In this document: in pieces, positions 10,474-19,900 of the stretch
How positions within the stretch are numbered: position 1 is the stretch's first letter
Layout: each line of letters starts with the position of its first letter
Assembly (NCBI RefSeq): GCF_965279545.1
Contig: NZ_OZ257250.1
Span: 445,005-485,004, forward strand
DNA from: Methylibium sp.
Lineage (GTDB): Bacteria > Pseudomonadota > Gammaproteobacteria > Burkholderiales > Burkholderiaceae_C
DNA length: 40,000 nt
Direction: 5' to 3'
Program-made: the position numbers and the translations under genes
Notes under the pieces: model-generated
Seen by the model: the letters and a program-made list of their open reading frames with translations, nothing else
What the model was told of the DNA's origin: nothing
Databases searched by the model: none

Positions 10474-10571
10474 GTTGAGTCTCCGTGAGCAAGTTCTGCA
10501 GAAGTGAATGTGAAGAGCACTGGGCGTTGCCAGTACGCCGTGAACTTACACGTTCCATGCCAGCGCCGCAA

Positions 10572-11450
10572 TCATGGGAAAGTCGAGAGTCGGGCCACTC
10601 CGAGTGCGCCAGCAATGAACAACGTGGCCACCGTCAGGTCGGCGCTGGTGCCCGGATTCAGCCCCCGGGCCTTGAGATGAGCGTCCCATTCGGCGAAACG
10701 AGGGTCGGTGCCGACCGGTTCGAGCCGATCCGCGCGTTCGAGCCAGGGCGCCGCTTCGGCGGTGACAGCCTGTGCCATCGGTTCGCCGAACTTTCGAACA
10801 ATGTGTGAATCGGGCCAGCGGCCCAGGAACGCGAGGTACAGCGCCTGCACCGCGTCGCTGCCGGCCTCGCGCGGCGGCGGCGCATGCAGGGCGAGCGAAG
10901 CGAGCCCGGTGTCGAACAGGTCGGCGAAGCCGGTCGCGTACTGCAGCGCGATGCGGTCGCGGCCGGCGGCGAGCCGCATCGCGTCCTGCAGGTCGACGGT
11001 CGGCGCGGTCGCGACGTCCTGCGCCTCGGCCCGCCCCAGGCCACCCGGGCTCGCCGCGGCGATCGCGCGGTAGGCGGCGCGAGCGTCCTCGATGTCCAGC
11101 GTGTCGAGCACCTGCTGCAGCTCATGCCGCAGGCCGGCCGCGCCCTGTGCGTTCCGGCCTTCGGCACACCGCTCCAGCGCCAGCGCCAGCGGTGCGCACA
11201 GCAGCACGATGCCGAGGTTGGTGTTGCAGCCGGCGACCACGCGCGTCGCGCGCACCGCGCTCTCGATGCGCGTGCCGACGCGCGCGCCGGGCTCGAACAA
11301 GCCCGGCAGCGCAGCCGCGGCGCTGTCGAGGAAGACGCGCGCGTCCATGCCGTGGCCCGGCGACGCGGCACTCACGTTGCCCGGCTTGCGCACCGCCACG
11401 TCGAGCGCGCAGGCGCGCAGGAAAGCCGTGCGGGCCGCGGCGGTGTTCAC
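10572..11450 (-). CDS. triphosphoribosyl-dephospho-CoA synthase (CitG)-like protein of the H4MPT cluster
   Basis: 292 aa. ...KPGNVS...GCNTNLGIVLL... are CitG-family motifs. GTG start forms a GTGA overlap with the upstream gene. Confidence 0.8.
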   Translation of the reverse strand: MNTAAARTAFLRACALDVAVRKPGNVSAASPGHGMDARVFLDSAAAALPGLFEPGARVGTRIESAVRATRVVAGCNTNLGIVLLCAPLALALERCAEGRNAQGAAGLRHELQQVLDTLDIEDARAAYRAIAAASPGGLGRAEAQDVATAPTVDLQDAMRLAAGRDRIALQYATGFADLFDTGLASLALHAPPPREAGSDAVQALYLAFLGRWPDSHIVRKFGEPMAQAVTAEAAPWLERADRLEPVGTDPRFAEWDAHLKARGLNPGTSADLTVATLFIAGALGVARLSTFP

Positions 11451-12367
11451 GCCTGCCGCGCTTCGCGCGCTTGCGACGCGTGCTTGCGGTCGAGCAGGTC
11501 GTCGACGAGCGCCCTCGCGATCGAGAAGCGCGTGACCCGCTGCAGGCCCTGCCAGGCCGCGACGCCGTTGACTTCGAGCACCAGCGCGCCGTCGGGCGAG
11601 GGGATCAGGTCGATGCCGGCGTAGTCCATGTCGAGCGCGGCCGCCGCAGCCTGCGCGCGTTCGGCCAGGTCGGGCGTCAGCAGCGCCGGCTCGCAGCGCG
11701 CGCCCTGCGCCACGTTGTGCACCCAGTGCGCGCTGACGCGGCGCATCGCGGTGACCGCGCGCCCGCCGATGACCAGCACGCGCCAGTCATGGCCCGGCTG
11801 TTCAAGCGCGGGCACGAAGCGCTGCAGGTAGGCGAGCTGGCCATAGTCCGCCAGCGGCGGCAGCGGCACGTGCACGCCCTCGATGCAGCCGACGCGCTGC
11901 AGCCCCTTGCCCTGCGAACCGAACAGCGGCTTGAGCACGACGGCATGGCCGGTCGCGCTCTCGCGCGTGACGAGTCGCTGTGCCTGCGCCGGCGACTCCA
12001 TCGCCCAGGTCGGCGGGGTCGGGATGCCGGCGGCGTGCAGCAGCAGGCTGGTCATCGACTTGTCGACGCTGCGCTCGATCGCGCGTGCGTCGTTGTAGAC
12101 CGGCACGCCCAGCTCGCGCAGCGCATGCAGCACGCCCAGCCGCTTGGTGACCTGCTCGAAGCTGCCGCCGGCAATGCCGCGCACCAGCGCCGCGTCGGGC
12201 AGTTCGCGGCCGTAGCCGGGGATCACCAGGCCGTGCCAGGCGGCGGTGGTGTCGATGCGGCAGTCGGCCAGGTCGACGCAGCGGCCCTCGGCGCCGCGCG
12301 CCCGCAGCGCCTGCTGCAGCTGACGGGTGTGCCAGCCGGTCTCGTCGGTGAAGATCGCGACCTTCAT
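11447..12367 (-). CDS. mptN: RimK-type ATP-grasp ligase, tetrahydromethanopterin:glutamate ligase-like
   Basis: 306 aa. MKVAIFTDETGWHTRQL...DKSMT...VVLKPLFGSQGKG are RimK-family motifs, in an H4MPT cluster context. Confidence 0.75.
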   Translation of the reverse strand: MKVAIFTDETGWHTRQLQQALRARGAEGRCVDLADCRIDTTAAWHGLVIPGYGRELPDAALVRGIAGGSFEQVTKRLGVLHALRELGVPVYNDARAIERSVDKSMTSLLLHAAGIPTPPTWAMESPAQAQRLVTRESATGHAVVLKPLFGSQGKGLQRVGCIEGVHVPLPPLADYGQLAYLQRFVPALEQPGHDWRVLVIGGRAVTAMRRVSAHWVHNVAQGARCEPALLTPDLAERAQAAAAALDMDYAGIDLIPSPDGALVLEVNGVAAWQGLQRVTRFSIARALVDDLLDRKHASQAREARQA

Positions 12368-12461
12368 GTCGGCCCCCCGGCCGCGGAGTACCGCGTCCGA
12401 CCCCCCGAGGGGGTCTCGCCCGGCTTGGGGCGGCCCGGCGCCGGGCTCGCCGCGGTCTGCT

Positions 12462-13502
12462 TCATGCAGCGTCGAGCCACTGCCCGCGCAGCAGCTCCAG
12501 GTTCATCCGGCCCGCATGCCAGGTCTTGCCCGACTCCAGGCTCGAGACCCACACCTCGGCCGGCGCGAACAGCGCGCCGTCGATCTTGTAGAAGTCGTAC
12601 TCGGCCGCCTTGAAGATGTCGGCGAAGCCGCGGCCGTAGTCGCGCGAGTTCAGCGACGGCAGCTCCTTGGCCAGCAGGCGCGCCGTATCGTCGCCGCCGC
12701 GCACCGTGAGCTGCACGCGGCCACCGTAGAGGATGGCGTCATTGGTGCGGCCCATCGCGTCCAGCCCGTCGGCGCCGGGCGAGGGCAGCGGCGCGCTCGC
12801 CACGCCGTCGACGATGTGCTCGAGCGGGAAGTGCAGCTCGTGCGCCTTGTGCAGCGCCACCTCGAGCACCCGCGCCACCACCTGCGTGGTGCCGGCCAGG
12901 CTGCGCGTGGGCGTGAGGATCAGCGTCAGCTGCTCGGGGCGCAGCCCGCAGTCGCGCAGCACCTTTTCCACCACCACCGGCGGCGGCACGCGGTCCACCT
13001 CGAGCACCAGCACGCCGCTGCGTTCGGCCGCGGCGATCGGGTCGCGGTAGCCGAGCTCCTTGAACAATTCCTCCTTGCCGGCCAGCGCGCGGGCCGGGCC
13101 GGAGCCGAGCGAGAAGAACTTCTTGCCGCCCGCTTCCTCCTTGCTGGCCGACAGGCTCCAGCCCGCGTACTGGCTCGCCAGGCAGGCCAGCACCGGCTGG
13201 CTGCTGCTGACCTCCAGCCAGGTCGGCCAGCCGTGGCTCGCGTCGCCGAAGCCTTGTGCCGCGAGTTCGACGCGGCCCAGCCCACCCATGCAGATCTCGC
13301 CGATCAGCACACCGGCCGCCACGCTGCCGGGCGCGGCGATGCCGGCGTCGACGATGCGCACGCCGCTGGTGTCGTGGCCGACCTGCACGCGCAGGCGGTC
13401 GGCGTCGTCGAGCAGGCGCTGCAGCAGCGGCCGAACGCTGGCGTTGACGCTGATCCGGCTGTCGGCGAAGCGAGGCGTGGGATCGGTGGCGGTTGGGCTC
13501 AT
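12462..13502 (-). CDS. mch: methenyl-tetrahydromethanopterin cyclohydrolase
   Basis: ATG at 13502 (MSPTATDPTPRF...) in ORF 12462..13598. Mch-like along its length (…GGLG…LASQYAGW…). Confidence 0.9.
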   Translation of the reverse strand: MSPTATDPTPRFADSRISVNASVRPLLQRLLDDADRLRVQVGHDTSGVRIVDAGIAAPGSVAAGVLIGEICMGGLGRVELAAQGFGDASHGWPTWLEVSSSQPVLACLASQYAGWSLSASKEEAGGKKFFSLGSGPARALAGKEELFKELGYRDPIAAAERSGVLVLEVDRVPPPVVVEKVLRDCGLRPEQLTLILTPTRSLAGTTQVVARVLEVALHKAHELHFPLEHIVDGVASAPLPSPGADGLDAMGRTNDAILYGGRVQLTVRGGDDTARLLAKELPSLNSRDYGRGFADIFKAAEYDFYKIDGALFAPAEVWVSSLESGKTWHAGRMNLELLRGQWLDAA

Positions 13503-13542
13503 GGCGGTGTCTCGCTGGGTTGTCGTTGTCGTGGAATGCAGC

Positions 13543-14733
13543 TCAAGTCCGTGCCAGCGCGGCGCGCAAGGCGGCGCGTTTTTCCGCGAGGCGGGCACGG
13601 ACCTCGCCAGCGCTGGCGCCGCTCGCTTCGACGCTGCACACCGGATCGCCCGGCGCGAAGCGGCTGCCGGCGGCGGGCAGGTCGTGGCAGTCGTCGCGCG
13701 CTGCCAGCGCGTGCGCCTGCGCCGGTGTCAACTGCACCGCCGCGCGTGCGAACACGATCTCGCTGCCGCGCAGCGGGCGACCGCTCGGCGCCGCCGTGGC
13801 TGCCGCGGGCAGCGTGCCGGCCGTGCAGGCCTCGACGTGGGCGCGCATCCACGGCGTCTGCTCGGCGTAGAGCGCCGCACTCGCCGACGGACGCGGGTTG
13901 ATCTCGAGCAGCGACCAGTGATCGCCGTCGAGCAGGAAGTCGAGGCTGCACAGCCCGCGCAGCCCGAACGCGGCGACCAGTGTGTCCAGCGTCGCCTCCA
14001 GCCCCACGGCCAATGCGGCCGGCAGCGCGACCGGGCCGATGGCGCCGCGGTAGACATGCGGATGGGCAGGGCCCAATGGCCGCACGATCAGCTCGCTGAT
14101 GCCGAGCACCCGTGCCTCGCGGCCGTTGGCGACAAACAGCGCCGACATCGGCGTGCCTGGCGCTTCGCGCTGGTAGTAGGGCTGCTGAGCGGGCTCGGCC
14201 GGATGCCGGTCGTCGGCGCGGCGGATGTGCCAGCCGCCGGTGCCGCGCGCCTCCTTGCGCAGCCAGCCCTGCGGGGGATCTGGCTCGTCGAGCTGGATCT
14301 CGGGATGGGGCAGCCCCAGCCAGTCGAGCATGCCGAAGAAGCCTGCCGGGTCGCGCACGCGCAGCACCGTCTCGGCCGGCGTGCCGATCAGCGGCAGCAA
14401 CTGGGCGCCGCGGCCCAGCAGTTCGGGCACGCATTCGAAGCCGCTGCCCGCCACCCAGCCCCGCACCTGCGGATCGGTGGCCGCCTCGCGCAGGGCATCG
14501 AGCGTGCGGCGTTCGTCGAGCCGCAGGCCGCTGTCGCTGCCGATCGACTGCCAGTGCCGGGCCGCGCGGCGTGTGTCGACATCCCCGAAGGCATCGAGCG
14601 CGATCACGTCGTAGCCCTCGCGGGCCGCCGCCTCGGCCATCAGGCGGGCGGACAGCCCGGCGACCACCAGCGTCGCGCGACCTGTCGAAGCAGCAGTCAC
14701 GTCAGCGTCCCGCGCGTCGACCGTGCGCCCCAC
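13543..14733 (-). CDS. ATP-grasp domain protein of the H4MPT cluster; start 14733 (GTG) or 14700 (GTG)
   Basis: ORF 13543..14733. ...LVVAGLSARLMAEAAAREGYDVIALDAFGD... with C-terminal SLDFLLDGDHWSLLEINPRP ATP-grasp motifs. Confidence 0.7.
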   Translation of the reverse strand: MGRTVDARDADVTAASTGRATLVVAGLSARLMAEAAAREGYDVIALDAFGDVDTRRAARHWQSIGSDSGLRLDERRTLDALREAATDPQVRGWVAGSGFECVPELLGRGAQLLPLIGTPAETVLRVRDPAGFFGMLDWLGLPHPEIQLDEPDPPQGWLRKEARGTGGWHIRRADDRHPAEPAQQPYYQREAPGTPMSALFVANGREARVLGISELIVRPLGPAHPHVYRGAIGPVALPAALAVGLEATLDTLVAAFGLRGLCSLDFLLDGDHWSLLEINPRPSASAALYAEQTPWMRAHVEACTAGTLPAAATAAPSGRPLRGSEIVFARAAVQLTPAQAHALAARDDCHDLPAAGSRFAPGDPVCSVEASGASAGEVRARLAEKRAALRAALART

Positions 14734-14813
14734 CGCGGTACCCGCGCGCAGACGCCGTGGATCCGGCTCCGCCGGTCCACCAGCGTCGCCCCCTCGAGGG
14801 GGAGGCGCCGCAG

Positions 14814-14861
14814 GCGCTTCGGGGGTGGGTCATACCTGCGCTTCGGGGGTGGGTCATACCT
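14814..14861. repeat. perfect 24-bp tandem duplication spanning the mtdB stop codon
   Basis: gcgcttcgggggtgggtcatacct occurs twice (14814-14837 and 14838-14861). The mtdB stop (tca, 14854-14856) lies in the second unit. Confidence 0.9.
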
Positions 14862-15756
14862 CGGCCAGCACCTCGCGCGCCACCGCCAGCGCTTCCGGGA
14901 AGCTCAGGTAGACCGGCTTGTCCGCGCTGCGCATGCGCACCAGCAGGCGGTGCTGCACCTGGTACTTGATGTTGCCGACCGCGAGCGCGCCGATGCCCAC
15001 GGCGCGGCTGCCCGGCAGCAGCTTGCCGCTGTCCATCACGCCGACCCCGGCGATGCCCTCGGGCGGCACCGCGTTCACGTCGGCGGCCACCAGCAGGCGC
15101 GTGGCGATCGCACGGTCGGCCTCGGTGATCACCTGCACGCCGGCGGCGGCGGTGCCGAGCACCACGTCGGCGTCGGCGATCGACGTGCGGATGGCGTCCA
15201 CCCCCTTGCCCGACACGCCGCTCATCGCGCTGCCGAAGCGCACATTGGTCTCGTCGGCGGCGCGCTGCGCGGCCTCGACGCCGCCACGGCTGGACAGCCG
15301 CACGTCGGCGCCGAGCTGCTGTGCCAGCACGCCGGCAATGCGGCCCACGGTGCCACCGCCGCCCAGGATCACGACGCGCTTGCCGGCGAGGTCGGTGCCG
15401 TGCACCTTGCGCAGCTGCGCCTCGACACAGGCCACCAGCGCGGCGGCGGTGGTGTAGGAGCCGCTCGGGTCGGCCATCACCGACACGACGAAGGGCTTGA
15501 CCATCGCCTTGCGCGCGGCGTCCAGCATGTCGGCGGCCAGCAGCACGTCGCGCCCGCCGATGAAGATGCCGGTGCGCACCACGCCTTTCGGGCCGCGCGA
15601 GAAGATCGCGTCCTGCGTCAGGCCGGTCACGCCGTCGAGCGTGACTTCGCTGTAGGTCGGCAGCACCTGGTAGCCGGCATCGGCAGCCATGTTGATGTCG
15701 AACGGGCTCATCTGCTTGCCCGGCGTGATCATGTGAAGAATGTAGGGGCGTTCCAT
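14854..15756 (-). CDS. mtdB: NAD(P)-dependent methylene-tetrahydromethanopterin dehydrogenase
   Basis: ATG at 15756 (MERPYILHMITPGKQMSPFDINMAADAGY...). Rossmann motif VVILGGGGTVG. The MtdB-over-MtdA call is from remembered N-terminal similarity. Confidence 0.8.
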   Translation of the reverse strand: MERPYILHMITPGKQMSPFDINMAADAGYQVLPTYSEVTLDGVTGLTQDAIFSRGPKGVVRTGIFIGGRDVLLAADMLDAARKAMVKPFVVSVMADPSGSYTTAAALVACVEAQLRKVHGTDLAGKRVVILGGGGTVGRIAGVLAQQLGADVRLSSRGGVEAAQRAADETNVRFGSAMSGVSGKGVDAIRTSIADADVVLGTAAAGVQVITEADRAIATRLLVAADVNAVPPEGIAGVGVMDSGKLLPGSRAVGIGALAVGNIKYQVQHRLLVRMRSADKPVYLSFPEALAVAREVLAEV

Positions 15757-15800
15757 CGCAATGGCTTTCAGGTCGTCTGGGTCGGGGAAAACGTCGGTGT

Positions 15801-16820
15801 TCACAGGCGTGGCCGGATCTCGACCGCCGCACCGTGCGAGCGGACACCGACGATCCGCAGCTGCAGCGCGGGGTCGACGACGCCGGCTGCGTGTGCCGCG
15901 GCCCGTGCGGCCTCGGCGTCGGCCGCAGACGGCAGGATGGCGAAACCGGTCGGCCCCCACGAGCTTTGGCCGGTGGCGGCCACGTGTTGCCGCGCGATCC
16001 AGTCGCACAGGCGCGCGACCGACGGGCTGGCGTAGAGCCGGCCGCCCTGGGCCGGCGCGAAGTGCGCGCCGACGAGCTGCTGCATCGCGCTGACGCCGGC
16101 GGCGAACAGCGCGAAGTCGCCGCTGGCCGCACCGGGCAGCACGCGCATCAGCACCTCATGGCACACGGCCGCCGCGTTCGCGCGCTCGAAACTCGGCAGC
16201 GCGGCGATGGCGGCCTTTTCGTCGGCGCCGCTCAGGCCGTGCTGCGACGGGTCGAGCACCAGCAGCACGCGCCAGGCGGCAGGCAGGTCCAGGCGCGCGA
16301 GCAAGGGCGCCGGGCCCCCCTCGTCGCCCGTGCCGCCGTCGAGCAGCAGGCCGCCCTGGTCGAAGCCGGCGATGCCCACGCCGGAGCGCAGGCCGCGCCC
16401 GAGCAGTCGTGCGATCTCCGGCGTGGCGAGCGTCAGGCCGTGCAGGCTGGCGAAGGCGCGGCCGATCGCGAGGGCCAGCTGCGTGCCCGAGCCGAAGCCG
16501 GCATGGGCCGGCGGCACCTGCAGCAGGCACAGGTCGAGCGGCGCATCGAGACCGAAGGCGCGCTGCAGCGTGTCGAGGTGGGCGGCGGCGCGCGCGGCCT
16601 GCGCCTGCGCAGCGGCGCTGCGCGCCCTGAGCTGCGGGCGTTCGGCGCGGCGCAGTTCAACCACCGTCTCGAAGTCCTCGATCACGAGCCCGAGGCTGCC
16701 GAAACGGCGTCCCAGCGTCGCCGAGGGATCGAGGAAGCCGAGATGCAGCCGGCCGGGCGCACGCACGACGACCACGCTGTCGGTCGCGGGCCGCAAGTTC
16801 GAACGGGCTGTCATGAGCAT
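15801..16820 (-). CDS. mptG: beta-ribofuranosylaminobenzene 5'-phosphate synthase (GHMP-kinase fold)
   Basis: ATG at 16820 or 16814 (MLMTARSNL...VRAPGRLHLGFLD...GFGSGTQLALA) at the 3' part of the 979-aa ORF 15801..18740. The rest of that ORF is antisense to the kinase gene. Confidence 0.8.
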   Translation of the reverse strand: MLMTARSNLRPATDSVVVVRAPGRLHLGFLDPSATLGRRFGSLGLVIEDFETVVELRRAERPQLRARSAAAQAQAARAAAHLDTLQRAFGLDAPLDLCLLQVPPAHAGFGSGTQLALAIGRAFASLHGLTLATPEIARLLGRGLRSGVGIAGFDQGGLLLDGGTGDEGGPAPLLARLDLPAAWRVLLVLDPSQHGLSGADEKAAIAALPSFERANAAAVCHEVLMRVLPGAASGDFALFAAGVSAMQQLVGAHFAPAQGGRLYASPSVARLCDWIARQHVAATGQSSWGPTGFAILPSAADAEAARAAAHAAGVVDPALQLRIVGVRSHGAAVEIRPRL

Positions 16821-16856
16821 CGGGTCAGGGTCGGTGCGGCGTGAGCCAGGGTTCAG

Positions 16857-16872
16857 AGCAAGCGCTGTTCCC
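16857..16872 (-). promoter_or_regulatory. candidate sigma54 -24/-12 promoter upstream of mptG
   Basis: Minus strand reads GGGAAC-AGCGC-TTGCT with correct GG-N10-GC spacing, ~37 nt upstream of the mptG ATG. The -24 box departs from TGGCAC at two positions: the leading T is replaced by G, and GGAAC replaces GGCAC. Confidence 0.3.
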
Positions 16873-17171
16873 GGCCTGCGCCGGCCGCCACCGGTGGCGC
16901 AGGCGGGTGTCGATGCGTTCGCTCTGTCGCGTGATGTGCCAAAGCGCGGACAGTGTGTCACGCTGCGGCGGTGCCGGCGAGTGCCGGCGTGGTCCCTCTG
17001 GCTTTGGCAGCGCGCTCCCTCGCGATCAGGGGAAGCCCTAGCGGCCGGTGCACGCCGTGGCGGCGTTGCAGCGGCGATAGTGCGGGGCCCGTGCCGAACG
17101 CACTGTGTGCGGCTTGCACGGCAGGCCGCCTCGCCAGGGGGCTCGTCGATCGGTCTCCTCGTTGCTTCGTG

Positions 17172-18704
17172 ATGATTCGTCCTGATTCCGTGGTGATTCC
17201 TCCAGCCGTCGGCCCGGGAGTTCTTCCCGACGTGCCTTCCGTGCAGCCCGTGCCGCCGGTGCAAACGCCGCTGGAGCTGCCGCGCCTGGTGATGCGCGGC
17301 GCGCTGGTGGTGGTGCTGGGTGCGCTGCTGCTGGCATTGCTGGTCGGCTTGTGGCGCGCGCGCGAGGACATGCGCGACGAACTCTCGGGAGCGCTCGCCC
17401 AGGCCGAGATGAGCGCCTTGCTGATCGCCGCGAACACGATCGACGACGAACAGCTGGTGGCCGCGGTGCGTTCGCTGCGCGACGCGGGCGGATCGCGGCA
17501 CCTCGACGTGCGGCTGCTCGATGGCGCCGGGCGAGTGCGCCTGGAGCCGCGGCCGGAGCAGCCCGCCTCGGCCGTGCTCGGCGTGCTGGTGCAGCTCAAC
17601 CGCGTGCTGTTCGCCCCGCCGCGGGCGCAGACGGTGGCCGCCGTCCTGCCGCGACCGGACGGGCCGGCCTGGCAGGTGCAGTGGATCGCCTCGCACAACA
17701 GCGAGCAACGCGAGAAGCTGGTGCAGCTGGTCGAGATGCTGAGCCTGCTGGCCGGTTGCGGCCTGGTGATGCTGCTGGTGATGCACTGGCGCGTGCGGCG
17801 CTCCTTCCGTGCACTCGCGCCGCTGCTGTCGGCCATTGCCGGGGTCGAGCGGCAGGACCTGTCGGCGGTGCGGGCGCTGCCCGCGATGCCGATCCGCGAG
17901 CTCGACGTCATCGCCCACGCGCTGCGCCACCTGGCCGTGGCGCTGGAACAGGCCGAGACCCGGCGCCGCGTGCTCGGCACCCAGGTGCTGACCTTGCAGG
18001 AGGACGAGCGCAGCCGCCTCGCACGCGAACTGCACGACGAACTCGGCCAGCACCTGACCGCGCTGCGCGTCGACGCCAGCTGGCTGCAGCGCAGGCTGGC
18101 CCACGAGCCCGAGCTCGCGGCCGTGGTCGCAGGCATGAGCGAGCAGTGCTCGCGCATCCAGAACGAGGTGCGCGCGCTGTTGACGCGGCTGCGCCCGCTC
18201 GGCACCGCAGACGCGTCGCAGCCCGACGGCGGCGAGAGCGTCGGGCGCCTGCGCGTGCTGCTCGAGACGCTGGTGCAGGCCTGGGTGCAGTCGCCGGGGC
18301 AGACCACGCGCTACGCGCTGGCGTTCGAGTGCACCGGCTTCGACGCCGACGACCGGCTGCCGCGCGAGCTGGTGCTGACGGTCTACCGCATCAGCCAGGA
18401 GGCGCTCACGAACGTGGCCCGCCATGCGCGCGCGCGCCAGGCACGGCTGAGCGTGCGCATCGAGCGGACGGCCGGCGCACCGAGCGCCTTGCTGGAGTGG
18501 TCGGTCGAAGACGACGGCTGCGGACTCGACCACCCCGGCGCCTGGCAGCGCGGCAACGGCCTGGCCGGTGTCAAGGACCGTGTCTGGTCTGCCGGCGGGG
18601 ATCTCGAATGGCAGCCAGCGACCGCGGCTGCAGACGGGCGACCCGGACTGAAATTGCACGCGCGGCTGCCGTTTGCCGCGATCGGACAGGAGAGTGTGTC
18701 GTGA
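17172..18704 (+). CDS. HisKA_3-type sensor histidine kinase (NarX/LiaS class); start uncertain (17172 or 17292)
   Basis: Frame of ORF 16953..18704. Two TM segments, H-box LARELHDELGQHLTAL, and ATPase motifs EALTNVARHA and DDGCG. Confidence 0.8.
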   Translation: MIRPDSVVIPPAVGPGVLPDVPSVQPVPPVQTPLELPRLVMRGALVVVLGALLLALLVGLWRAREDMRDELSGALAQAEMSALLIAANTIDDEQLVAAVRSLRDAGGSRHLDVRLLDGAGRVRLEPRPEQPASAVLGVLVQLNRVLFAPPRAQTVAAVLPRPDGPAWQVQWIASHNSEQREKLVQLVEMLSLLAGCGLVMLLVMHWRVRRSFRALAPLLSAIAGVERQDLSAVRALPAMPIRELDVIAHALRHLAVALEQAETRRRVLGTQVLTLQEDERSRLARELHDELGQHLTALRVDASWLQRRLAHEPELAAVVAGMSEQCSRIQNEVRALLTRLRPLGTADASQPDGGESVGRLRVLLETLVQAWVQSPGQTTRYALAFECTGFDADDRLPRELVLTVYRISQEALTNVARHARARQARLSVRIERTAGAPSALLEWSVEDDGCGLDHPGAWQRGNGLAGVKDRVWSAGGDLEWQPATAAADGRPGLKLHARLPFAAIGQESVS

Positions 18705-19363
18705 CTGTGAGCCATTTGCCGGGGCCCTTGCGGGTCGCACTGGCCGACGACCATGCGGTCGTGCGTGCCGGCTACCGCCGCCTGCTGGAGCTGGAGGCCG
18801 ACATCGCGGTCGTCGCCGAGTACGGCGATGCCGAAGCGGCCTACAACGCGCTGACCGGCGGAACCGGCGACGACATCGACCTGCTGGTGCTGGACCTCTC
18901 GATGCCGGGTCGCAGCGGCCTCGAGCTGCTGCGCCGGCTGGCCCAGCGGCGCCCCGACCTTTCAGTGCTGGTGTTCACGATGCACGACAGCGCGGCGATG
19001 CTCGACCAGTGCCTGCGCGCCGGCGCGGCCGGCTTCGTGACCAAGAGCAGCGCCCCCGAGGTGCTGGTCACGGCGGTGCGCCAGGCCGCGCGCGGCGAGA
19101 TCGCGCTGTCACCCGACGTGGCCGCGCTGGCGGCGCGCACCGAGGGCGGGCCGCCGCACACCCGGCTGTCGAGCCGCGAGTTCGACATCCTGCAGCAGCT
19201 GCTCGCCGGCCACAGCGTCGAGGAGATCGCGCAGACGCTGCGCCTGAGCACGAAGACAGTGGCCAACTACCAGACCCGCATCCGCCAGGCCTTGGGCGTG
19301 GGCAGTGCGGTGGAGTTGCTGAACTACGCGCGCGAGCATGGGCTCGGCGGGCCGGGGCTGTAG
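18701..19363 (+). CDS. NarL/FixJ-family response regulator (REC + LuxR HTH)
   Basis: GTG at 18701 forms a GTGA overlap with the kinase stop. DLLVLDLSMPG receiver motif. C-terminal LSSREFDILQQLLAGHSVEEIAQTLRLSTKTVANY. Confidence 0.85.
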   Translation: MTVSHLPGPLRVALADDHAVVRAGYRRLLELEADIAVVAEYGDAEAAYNALTGGTGDDIDLLVLDLSMPGRSGLELLRRLAQRRPDLSVLVFTMHDSAAMLDQCLRAGAAGFVTKSSAPEVLVTAVRQAARGEIALSPDVAALAARTEGGPPHTRLSSREFDILQQLLAGHSVEEIAQTLRLSTKTVANYQTRIRQALGVGSAVELLNYAREHGLGGPGL

Positions 19364-19636
19364 CGCTGCGGTGGCTGTTGCGATGTGCGGGCCGCGTCTG
19401 GCTTCTTGTCGATGCGTGATGTAAAGCAGTCATCGACATCGAAGTGGGAGAGGGGTCTTGCCGCTTCCAGGGATCAACTTGTCCGGCGCCGCGTTCAGTT
19501 AGGCCGCCTAAATCGCCTGCGCTCGACAGAAAAAATGGTGTCCTTCTTCTATGGCGAGCAGAAATTGTCCACACGCGGAGGGATTGCGTTAGTGGGCGGC
19601 GCTCCGTGCTAACGCGCGGGGCGCCGCTTAGGCCAG

Positions 19637-19900
19637 TTAGTTAGCCAGGTAGGGGCACCAAGGCCCGGAACGATAGTGCTGAACCACGTTTTCCCAACGG
19701 CCGAATCTGAATCGGACGTAGGCACGGACGTGGGTGCACTTTTGGCGGAAGGTGGTGTGCATGGCACAACTCCCATTCACGTTGGCGATCCGGCGGTGAT
19801 CACCGGGGCTCTTGCGGAATGGGTGGCGCGAACACGCGAGGCTGCGGTCGACAGGATGGTCCTGTCGACCGTAAAATCGAGGGGCTCGCACCACCATCAC
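19637..19900 (-). CDS. hypothetical 87-aa basic protein (weak call) in the low-GC island
   Basis: ORF track entry. My hand count gives GC3 of ~70% (61/87), similar to the neighbouring island gene. No recognisable motif. Contains the 25-bp palindrome. Confidence 0.25.
   Translation of the reverse strand: MMVVRAPRFYGRQDHPVDRSLACSRHPFRKSPGDHRRIANVNGSCAMHTTFRQKCTHVRAYVRFRFGRWENVVQHYRSGPWCPYLAN

Noticed and set aside
10515-10562. Two TGGCA boxes upstream of fae (TGGCATGGAACGTGTAAG and TGGCAACGCCCAGTGCTC on the minus strand).
   Set aside because: The first has GT instead of the -12 GC. The second has GG-N11-GC spacing, one nt too long. Neither is canonical.
14814-14861. Tandem repeats as a possible CRISPR or minisatellite array.
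   Set aside because: There are only two abutting 24-bp units with no spacers, and no cas genes occur in the window.
13060-16035. 991-aa plus-strand ORF. Similar very long ORFs occur at 15801..18740 (upstream two-thirds), 4610..6337, 10772..12613, 12327..13901, 32077..33831 and 33799..35286.
   Set aside because: They run antisense to, or out of frame with, genes that have clear family signatures. Their translations are Arg/Ala/Gly/Pro-rich low-complexity sequence, typical of stop-codon-poor frames in ~70% GC DNA.
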